This document shows positions 53,963-64,000 of a stretch of 64,000 nucleotides of DNA, piece after piece (the first letter of the stretch is position 1; each line of letters opens with the position of its first letter). The position numbers and the translations under genes are program-made. Origin of the DNA: Octopus bimaculoides (lineage: Eukaryota); NCBI RefSeq assembly GCF_001194135.2, contig NC_068996.1, positions 22,261,837 through 22,325,836 on the forward strand. The letters are read 5' to 3'. The notes under the pieces are model-generated. The model saw nothing but the letters and a program-made list of their open reading frames with translations, searched no databases and was not told where the DNA came from.

Positions 53963-55363
53963 TTCTTCTGACACAAAAAGAAAGAGGAATGGAAGTGTTA
54001 TTATAAAGGTTGAGGAATAAGGAAAATACATGGAGTAATGAAGGACTTCCCAAATAGACACAACAGACAGACCAGTCTATTCGACTTGACAACAGTATAG
54101 AGATGCAGTTTGAATTTGTGTCTGGATGAATTATTACCATTGTCATCTTTTTAACAATGAAACTTCAAGAGAAGTACTTAAGAGCAAGCCCTTGTACTTA
54201 ATATACAGGGTGTGGAACTATGTATTTTGATGGCCACCAAGAAAACTAGGAGCGGATGAATGGATTATGAAACTATACAAGTCAAACAAGGACACGATCA
54301 ACAAATAATGAATTTAGTGTGCAGGTGGGGGGAAGGGGGAGTCATAATCATGCAGACCATTAAAGAGGAGCTTAAACCGATGAGGGTTCAAGTATGCTGA
54401 AGACTAAGTTCTTATAGCAGAATCTGTAGAAAAATTAAATACCAAACCTAGAGACAGAACCATAAACCAAGAAACCTGAAAGTAACTTATCAAAAATTAA
54501 AGTTTTGGTATGAAGAAGAGGTATTCTGTGAACATGTTGATAGCAGGTGCAGAGCTCAAGGCAATGGTGAACACGGAGCTTAGATGGTAGACTTGGAGCT
54601 CAAGATGATTGTGGACATGTCAATTTAAATGAGTGTTAAAAGATCATGATAAGAGGTGCTGGTAATTATTAGGACATGAAAGGAAAAATTCATTAATGTT
54701 GCCAAAGGTATTTGAAAGATGGAAAGATAAAGTTGTGAAAGTGATGAAATTTACTTGCAGAGGTTATTTGTATGAAATAAGTACTTGATGGGGACTGATT
54801 TCTCTTTTTCTCTCTATTTGAGTAAAAACAGAGAATATTTCATTTCAAGAGAGTGTAACGAGACACTAATAAATTCACTTTGAAATGTAAACTGGAAGTG
54901 AATGACTGAGGGGGTCATAAAATGGGTGGGGGTAGAAGGAAGTTTTTGTTTTTTTTCGTTTTTCCAGAAATGTCTTGCTATTTTGTAGGATTAATACCCT
55001 AATGGAATCATTTACGCATAGTTATAAATAGTAACGATTACATGTATTCATAACAAACAAGGTTAAAATATTAGTTCTAAAAAGGGTTGAGAATTAGTCC
55101 CTGTTGAAAAGAAAAGAAGGGCAAGGGGAGTAGGACAGTTATCACCTCCAACTCACTGCCTTTCCAGTCTTTTCACCACAGCATTCCAGATTATACATCA
55201 CCTGCACATTCAGACAAATACATGCACACACTATACATTACACACACGCTTGAAGTTCAAGCTGGAAACATTAATAGTCATATGGGAATTACTGTGAGGG
55301 CACACATGCGTGCATATATAAATGCAAATACATATGGGCACAAGTACAACCCCTATAGATTCA

Positions 55364-55408
<45 letters not shown>

Positions 55409-55413
55409 CATAT

Positions 55414-55447
<34 letters not shown>

Positions 55448-55682
55448 AAAATTTATTATTATTGAAGTTTCTTCCTATGTCAACATTTCTGTATAAGGCT
55501 TATATTTAACTGTCAAATTCAAGTCATAATTTACCTTACACATCATATCAAATTTTTGATATATAACCAAGGAGATCGATCCTTAAGGAGTCTACTTTTG
55601 ACCTTTGCGGAGAAATCTCTTGCTATATTGGTAGCGATTACATGTTTTTCTCATCAACACATTGTGGAGATATCATCATATG

Positions 55683-55722
<40 letters not shown>

Positions 55723-56315
55723 NNNNNNNNNNNNNNNNNNNNNNNNNNNNNNNNNNNNNNNNNNNNNNNNNNNNNNNNNNNNNNNNNNNNNNNNNNNNNN
55801 NNNNNNNNNNNNNNNNNNNNNNNNNNNNNNNNNNNNNNNNNNNNNNNNNNNNNNNNNNNNNNNNNNNNNNNNNNNNNNNNNNNNNNNNNNNNNNNNNNNN
55901 NNNNNNNNNNNNNNNNNNNNNNNNNNNNNNNNNNNNNNNNNNNNNNNNNNNNNNNNNNNNNNNNNNNNNNNNNNNNNNNNNNNNNNNNNNNNNNNNNNNN
56001 NNNNNNNNNNNNNNNNNNNNNNNNNNNNNNNNNNNNNNNNNNNNNNNNNNNNNNNNNNNNNNNNNNNNNNNNNNNNNNNNNNNNNNNNNNNNNNNNNNNN
56101 NNNNNNNNNNNNNNNNNNNNNNNNNNNNNNNNNNNNNNNNNNNNNNNNNNNNNNNNNNNNNNNNNNNNNNNNNNNNNNNNNNNNNNNNNNNNNNNNNNNN
56201 NNNNNNGTCTACGTTTGTTTGCAATGTCCTGTACCCAGATATGCACCTATACATACAGGTGGATGTCGGTATGCACATACCTGTACGTATATATGCATAT
56301 ACTCATTTACTATTT

Positions 56316-56351
<36 letters not shown>

Positions 56352-57251
56352 TCTTAAATATTCACATGCATGTACTAAGAGTAATTATTGAAATAAATAC
56401 AAGTAATAATAATCCTTTCTACTATAAGCAGAAAGCCTGATATTTCTGGGTGGGGTGGGGCAAGCCAATTACATTCACTCTAGTGCTCAACTGGTACTTA
56501 TTTTTTTATCAACTCCAAAAGGATGAAAAGCAAAGTCAACTTCAGTGAAATTTGAACTCAGAACAAAGATATGAGATGTCACTAAGCATTATTGTCCAGC
56601 ATGCTAACATATTCTGCCAACTCACTGCCTTAATAATAATAATTTCAAGTGGTTGGAAGAAATTTAATACGATCTGCATTTAGAAAACTTGTAGCTATTT
56701 AAAAAAAAAACTCAAAAACAACTTTCTTAACCATTTTAGTAGCTATAGTTTAACTTAGATATTGTTTATTTTCTTTTACACTGGGTCATTTCATTTTCAC
56801 ACCAAGTTGCCATGGCACTTTATTGTTGCTATGCAAATTACCCCAGAATACTGCATTTATAAAACAATTTCATCCTTTATCTAGTGCTTCTTTCAGTCAT
56901 CAAACTGCAGCCATGATGGGGCAATGCCTTGTTGATTTTAGTCAAATATATCAACCCTAGTACATTTTTTACGCCTGATACATATTCTATCAGTTTCTGT
57001 TGCTGAGTTACTTAGTTATGGGGGACATAAACACACCAACAGCAGTTGTCAAGTGGTGGTGGGGGACAAACACAAACACTACTTTCGGTTTCCATCTACC
57101 AAATCCACTCACAAGGTTTGGTTGGCCCAGGTCTATAATAGAAGACACTTGCCCAAGGTGTCATATAGTGGAACTGAAACCAGAACTTTGTGGTTGGGAA
57201 GCAAACTTATTGCGCAGCCATGTCTATACCTTTTATAATTGTTATTATTGG

Positions 57252-57253
57252 TT

Positions 57254-57299
<46 letters not shown>

Positions 57300-57473
57300 C
57301 AGCAGCAATGGTAGTGGTAGTAGTAGCAGCAGCAATGGTAGTGGTAGTGGTAGTAGTAGTAGTAGCAGTAGTAGTAGCAGCAGCAATAAGAAGAAGAGGA
57401 TGAGGAGGGAGAGGATGAGGAGGGAGAGGATGAGGAGGGAGAGGATGAGGAGGGAGAGGAAGAGGAGGAGGAA
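57252..57473. repeat. Compound (AGT)n/(AGC)n trinucleotide repeat plus a 15-mer (AGGAGGGAGAGGATG)n
   Basis: Read directly from the sequence. Confidence 0.9.
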
Positions 57474-57476
57474 GTG

Positions 57477-58267
57477 TTTTCTGTTGCTGTCAATTTTTCA
57501 AAGTTCAAAATTAAGCAGACAAAATTTCAAATTTGGTATACTGATGTAATTTTTCACGCTGAATCTGATTTTGTTATTTACTTGATCCAGAAAATTTTTT
57601 TAGGAAAATGTCACAGAGGTTTAAACTATCACAACGTGAAAGCAAATATATTACAACAAAAGTTGTAAAGTTTTGAAGTTTTAATAAGTTTTAATGAATA
57701 AAGTCATATGAAACGGTTGAATAGGCAATGTAAATAATATAAGTGGGAGAGGGGATCCTCAACAAAATTTCTTGTGAAAAATTACAAAACCAACTACGTT
57801 AGGGTTTGGGGTTAAGGTTAAGGTTGAAACGGTAGAACAGACATGTAAACAATTTAATAAGGAAAAATTTTCAATTAAATTTTCTTACAAAAAAATTTAA
57901 AAAAATAAAAACTACGCTATACTATAGTAATAGTTCAGTTCATGTAAACAATTAACACACTTTTCTTGAGTATCAAAAATTCAAAACCGAAAGTTCAGAA
58001 AATAGGCACTCGTCAAAGAAAATACACGTGGAGGTCGTTTTAAGCAAACTACAGCTTCGTTTGGTTACTATGGTAATAAGGCACCAATGTGTCGGTGACT
58101 TTCAATTTGCTAAAATTACCCAAAATTTGCAAACTTTTTCTTTATTAATTTATGGCAAAAACAAATTCCATTTGTGTAATTATCATACAAAACTACCTCA
58201 GTACACCAAATTTTAAAACAGTTGGAACAAAGTTTAAAAGATAGAAAACTGTAACAGCAACAGAAAA
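57477..58267. mobile_element. ~790-bp TIR-bounded non-autonomous DNA element
   Basis: 14-bp TIR TTTTCTGTTGCTGT / ACAGCAACAGAAAA, plus a subterminal inverted match AAATTTGGT(A/G)TACTGA(T/G)GTA. An internal TTAGGG-like stretch lies near 57800. Confidence 0.65.
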
Positions 58268-58842
58268 AAAATCAGTAGTAGTAGTGGTGGTGGTGGTGAT
58301 GGTAAGACGAGTAGTCGTGGTCGTTATGGTGCTAGTGGTAGCAGTACTAACAGTGATGCTAGTAATAGTTTTTTTTTNNNNNNNNNNNNNNNNNNNNNNN
58401 NNNNNNNNNNNNNNNNNNNNNNNNNNNNNNNNNNNNNNNNNNNNNNNNNNNNNNNNNNNNNNNNNNNNNNNNNNNNNNNNNNNNNNNNNNNNNNNNNNNN
58501 NNNNNNNNNNNNNNNNNNNNNNNNNNNNNNNNNNNNNNNNNNNNNNNNNNNNNNNNNNNNNNNNNNNNNNNNNNNNNNNNNNNNNNNNNNNNNNNNNNNN
58601 NNNNNNNNNNNNNNNNNNNNNNNNNTTTTTTTTTTTTTTGTTTTTACACAAAAACATACACGTACATAAATCAGCAACGTGGAATGAATCATATTTTTAA
58701 TTTTTACAGCAGCCCTGAGTTTGTTTATCTGTTTAAGATCTTTGTCAAAATCAAAAGCAGGTTCAATAGTCACTTTGTGCAGCCGAAGTTATACACCAAA
58801 ATATATATACTCCACGAATTCCACTTCCCTGCTTCAAAACAA

Positions 58843-58876
<34 letters not shown>

Positions 58877-58909
58877 AGAGAGAGAGAGAGAGAGGGGGTA
58901 ATAAAATAG

Positions 58910-59180
58910 GCGCAAGCGTGGTTGTGTGGTTAAGAAGACCGCTTCATACACATCGTTTCTAGTTCAGTTCCACTGCGCGATACCTTGGATTGGACAAGAC
59001 TTAAGTGGATCTGGTACACGGGAACTGAAAAAAGCCCGTCACACACAAACGCATATATCTCTTTGTCAGTCTTTGTGTTTGTACCCCACCACCGCTTGAC
59101 AACCGATGTCGATGTGTTTACGTCCCTGTAACTTAGCGCCTCGGCAAAAGTAGCCGATAGAATAAGTACCAAACTTCGCT
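58910..59180 (+). mobile_element. Family-A SINE that retains its CpGs
   Basis: GGCGCAAGCGTGGTTGTGTGGTTAAG...CCACCGCTTGACAACCGATGTCGATGTGTTTACGTCCC...GCCGATAGAATAAGTACC. Confidence 0.75.
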
Positions 59181-59267
59181 CAGAGATTTAACATTGTTTA
59201 AAAATACTGATATCACTTTATTCCACTAAATTATGACAACTGACTGTAAATATATATATACATACAT

Positions 59268-59309
<42 letters not shown>

Positions 59310-59653
59310 ACATACATACACGCGCACACATACATACATACATACACGCGTACATATTCACTATACACACGCACCACTTCCACAATCAACACACCGGCTG
59401 ACGAAAGTAAAGGTATATAATTTTAAAGGGGACTGAAAAGAAGTAACCTATCTCTACAAGTTCGTAGATATTTTAGGTGTGTGTTTAGTGCTTCAGTAAC
59501 CGACATCAAGAAACATTCCACAGCTGAGAATTAAATACCTCGATAGAATGCAGCTAGGGAGTTCCAAGCAAAGTTAGATAAATGAAAAATGAACAAAGAT
59601 AGCAACTTTAAAAAAAAATAACGATTAATTAAACGACTGGCGTGTGTGCGCGG

Positions 59654-59747
<94 letters not shown>

Positions 59748-59825
59748 GTATATATATACACATACGTATATATATATATATATACGTATATATATGTAGA
59801 TATATATATATACACACACGATTAG

Positions 59826-59879
<54 letters not shown>

Positions 59880-60879
59880 CGGCTAGCGTGTGCTTGTGTA
59901 TATATGTGTGTGTGAGAGAGAGAGAGAAAGAGAGAGGGAGAGGTGTATATGTATATTTATATATGTGTATTCCCGAAGTTTTCAATATTTTATTAATATG
60001 CTCCTTAAAAGTTACGTACAACCTCTCTAATGTGGTTCTTGCGTATATACATACTGTTGATATATACAGTATTTTTAGCGTTCTTTCCTTTTCACCTCAC
60101 TTTCTATTGCAACTCTACCTATAGAACTTAGTGTATCGTTTCGCTCTCTCAGTACTTACATTCATGTGTAGATATATAATAAACGTTCATACAAACAAAC
60201 ATACCTAGGTGTTTTATACACATATATGCAGACATACGTATACACACTTCACGTATAATAGAAATCACTCAGAGAAAAAGACTATGCCCATGACCTTAGC
60301 CGGTTCCCACATTGTCGACATTCATGCGGTTGATGTTCATGTATATTACACGCACACACACACACACACAAATTCGACACATACCCAATATGGACAATAT
60401 AAACATTAAAACAAATGTAAAGAATGATAGTTTGGAATAAATTATTAAATAAAAGACATTGCATAGAGAATAAACAATCAAGGAATTATACAATGCGAAA
60501 ACAATGTCTATAAGAGCAACAATTTAACGGATGAGCTAATTATAATGAATAAGTTGGAAAAATTGATTAATGGTTTTCAATATATAAAGAATAATTTAAT
60601 TACAATGTTAAACAGTCACAACAGTCTGTATTGATAAAAAAGGTTTATATACACGCACGCAATATACATACGTTACATACATATATATACACATTACATA
60701 CATACATATATACATTACATATATACATACATACATTACATACAAACATACATACACTACATACATACATAACACATTACATTACATACATACATTACAT
60801 GCATACATTACACGCATACATTACAGTACATACATTACATTGCATTAATTATATACATACATGATACATNNNNNNNNNN

Positions 60880-60914
<35 letters not shown>

Positions 60915-61213
60915 GCACATGCATACACTCACACAAACATATCGATACATGTACATTTACACATATCTATCTATCTATCTCTCGCACTTATAAGTGTGTG
61001 CATATTTTGCACCCCTGAAGGTTACAACTTACTGATGTGTACGTGTGTATACTATACACATGTGTAATTTGCGGATATGTACATGTGTGTGATATTTTAT
61101 AATTGTATGTTTGTCCCCTAAACAAAGTGATTCGATAGTCTTCGGTAAAATAGGCACCAGACTGGAATAGATAAATAAATACATTCGGATTCAATACGAT
61201 CGGCGAAAACACA

Positions 61214-61271
<58 letters not shown>

Positions 61272-62704
61272 GATGTTCCAGCATGGCCGCAGGAGAATGA
61301 CTGAAACCAGTTAGAGTAGAATGAATGAGATACAAATTTCAACATTGTGTATTCCTGCATGTTTGTGTGAGTAAATATGTGTGCTTATGTATAAGTGTAT
61401 ATGAGTGATTAAATAAATAAATAAAAAATTACCTTCTCTCTTAAATAATGATGATCTTTGTTGTTGATTAATTTAAAAAAGAAAAAGAAAATAAAATCAA
61501 CAGTTTTCGTTTTGTTGTAAACAGTACACTTTAGCAGCAGCGAAACAGCCAAGTGCTACATTTGCGATCCTCCATCCATCCATCCATCCATCCGCCTTCC
61601 ACCACCACCATTTCTACCAACAACAACAACAAAGAGATACACACATCTGATGCTAAATTTAGCTTTTGCAGTTGGTAGGCCAGGCTGTTACCAGATAGCC
61701 ACAACATACTCCCTTCACTGAAATTCTCTTTCTTTCCCGTTCTTCTTCCTAGGTTTCTTATTCCTATTACCCTTCTTTTTCTTTCCTTCTCTTTCTCTCA
61801 CTATCTACCAATCAATCTGTAAGTCTATAATATTCATCCATCCATCCAGTTAGCTGTCTCACAAAGTTATATATTTGTCTATTTTTGCATCTTTTCTTTC
61901 CCTCTCTCTCTCTCATACTATCAATTCATATAATTTGTCTACGTCTATCTGAATTATACCATCCATCTAACGTCTCAACTGTCTCTACCTTATCTATCAA
62001 CATCTATGTCTATTTGATCTGTCCACGTCTATCTCAGACGGCCTACCTTCGTCTGTTTGTCCATCATTCTATCTATATCTACCTTCCGATTACAACCAAC
62101 ATAGATATTATATGAGGTCATTGGAAGTCATACGCTATTATTTCGTACACTGGAATTTCAATCTTGTGATTCAGTAACCCCAAGCATTTCACTTATAACA
62201 GACATAAAAATAAGTTGTTTCATTTTAATTTTTCTTTTACATTTGGTCAATGTGGTCATCCCCTATCCCTCACAATTCACAAAAATGTTCAACTATTTCG
62301 GTGGACCTAAAAACTTCGAATGATAAGCACGAGTGTATATTTGTTTTATTTCCCACGATTATTCAAACATTTTGGGGAAGAGTGGTGGTGGGGGGGAATA
62401 ATTCAAACGATAACATTTTTCCTCCATATCATCATCGTTATTGTCAAGAGTTCGCGTAACGTTATCAACTATTGCATTTATTGTTTTTTTTCTCTACTCA
62501 CCCCTTCCTCATTCTTACTCATTATAGAGATTACACATATACACACGATGTCTACCTGATAAATGTTTCGTGTGTTGCCATGTAACTTCGGATTTTTCTT
62601 TTTTTCCTATGTTGCCATGTCGCTTTGGATTTATAAATAAAAAGACAATATGAAGGTTAGGAAGAGCACGCCTTTCTTCTGAAAGTTAGGTATATATATA
62701 TAAT

Positions 62705-62966
62705 GATAAAAACAGTTTGATTAAGTCCTTGGTACTTTAAGTTTCAAACCGTTTTCATCCATACACGTAACTCCCAATAAGTGTGTTGAATGCCCATCTT
62801 TCGTTTGTCCACCCATTCATGTGGTGTGTGTGTATTTACATGTACGTATATAATTATATTAAGGGAGTAACGGCGAAAACGACCTATCTCCAACATGCTT
62901 CAAAATGCCAAGGCACTCAAATACTGACTACCTGATAAAGAACATTAACGTGATTTTATCCTTATA

Positions 62967-63034
<68 letters not shown>

Positions 63035-63166
63035 NNNNNNNNNNNNNNNNNNNNNNNNNNNNNNNNNNNNNNNNNNNNNNNNNNNNNNNNNNNNNNNNNN
63101 NNNNNNNNNNNNNNNNNNNNNNNNNNNNNNNNNNNNNNNNNNNNNNNNNNNNNNNNNNNNNNNNNN

Positions 63167-63220
<54 letters not shown>

Positions 63221-63349
63221 ACACACACACCACATGAATGGGTGGACAAACGAAAGATGGGCATTCAACACTTATTGGGAGTTACGTGTATGAATGAAAA
63301 CGATTTGGAAATTGAAGTACCAAGGACTTTGAATCAAACTGTTTTGATC
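62705..63349. mobile_element. Foldback element with ~125-bp inverted arms enclosing microsatellites and an N gap
   Basis: 62705-62832 is the reverse complement of 63226-63349 with several substitutions and indels (shared core GAATGCCCATCTTTCGTTTGTCCACCCATTCATGTGGTGTG). Confidence 0.75.
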
Positions 63350-63440
63350 CGTGTGTAGGGACAATTCACAAAAAAAAAAAGACGAAGGCAGGTGGTTTAG
63401 ACAACAAACAGATTAGTTTAACGCTTAGGAAGTTAAAAAG

Positions 63441-63478
63441 TCTTTAACGTTTCGAGCCTACGCTCTTCCACAGAAAGA
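63441..63478 (-). ncRNA. Minimal type I hammerhead-ribozyme-like motif (Penelope-type), with a core variant
   Basis: Minus strand reads TCTTT-CTGTGGA-A-GAGC-GTAG-GCTC-GAAAC-GTT-AAAGA. Helix I is TCTTT/AAAGA, helix II is GAGC/GCTC, and helix III is the palindrome ACGT. The core has U at the conserved A6 position. Confidence 0.5.
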
Positions 63479-63540
63479 AAACAGGGAGAGAAAATAATGT
63501 GTAGTGGCTAGCGATCTATTATGGCGAATGCCGGACAGAG

Positions 63541-64000
63541 GGAAAGAGCAGACAAAGAAGCCTGGTTATAAAAAACATTAAGTCAAACCCAAAGGTCTTT
63601 CATTACGCAAAAGAAACAGCATTAGTACGCTGCAAGATAGGACCCCTCTTCCAAAAGGATGGCTCCCTCACAGATAGTCCGACCAGGATCAGTGAAGTAC
63701 TGAATGACCAGTTCAAAAGTGTCTTTACCATCCCGTTGGAACACAGACAAGTGAACGAACCAGTGAATTTCTTTGCCACCTCACCTATAACCAACGAGGC
63801 AGTTACGATGGAATATATTGACATTAGCGAAGAAGACATACTACTAGCCATAGATAAGGTGGACGCAAACTCAACTGCTGGTCCTGATGGTTTCCCAGCA
63901 ATCCTCTTTAAATCGTGTAAGCATGCTCTGGCAAAACCCCTCCAGATTCTCTTCCAGAGCTTTCTTGCAAATTGAAGACCGCCAAGCAAGCTGAAGGAGG
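63541..64000 (+). mobile_element. CR1-group LINE ORF2 fragment (linker to start of RT), continuing past the window
   Basis: NIKSNPKVFHYAK...IGPL...SEVLNDQFKSVFT...DISEEDILLAIDKVDANSTAGPDGFPAILFKSCKHALAKPLQILFQSFLAN*RPPSKLKE, with one premature stop. Confidence 0.88.

Noticed and set aside
57190-57549. 119-aa poly-Ser / RRERM ORF resembling an SR-type protein
   Set aside because: It comes from trinucleotide and 15-mer repeats running into a transposon end.
57798-57825. TTAGGG-like repeats suggesting an interstitial telomere
   Set aside because: Only a few degenerate units, located inside a TIR element.

Overview
AT-rich animal genomic DNA, dense in repeats and with several N gaps. The repeat content (tRNA/CORE-type SINEs, RTE and CR1 LINE pieces, long TA/CA/GA microsatellites) suggests a cephalopod, probably Octopus; this is an inference. 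Only one host coding segment is recognisable: a large minus-strand exon (CDS 44065->42664) encoding the N-terminal ~467 aa of a SIPA1L/SPAR-family Rap GAP. I found no further exon, so the rest of the window appears to be intron or upstream sequence. Transposons include a Helitron inserted in the GIY-YIG motif of a Penelope-like element, a ~780-bp TIR element carrying SAP-domain and SWIM-finger coding remnants, a decayed DD37D-like Tc1/mariner, a hAT MITE, three TTAA-flanked MITE families and several foldback elements. A minimal hammerhead-ribozyme-like motif lies near 63.45 kb. CpG depletion appears to end at ~58.6 kb. All calls were made by eye, without database searches.
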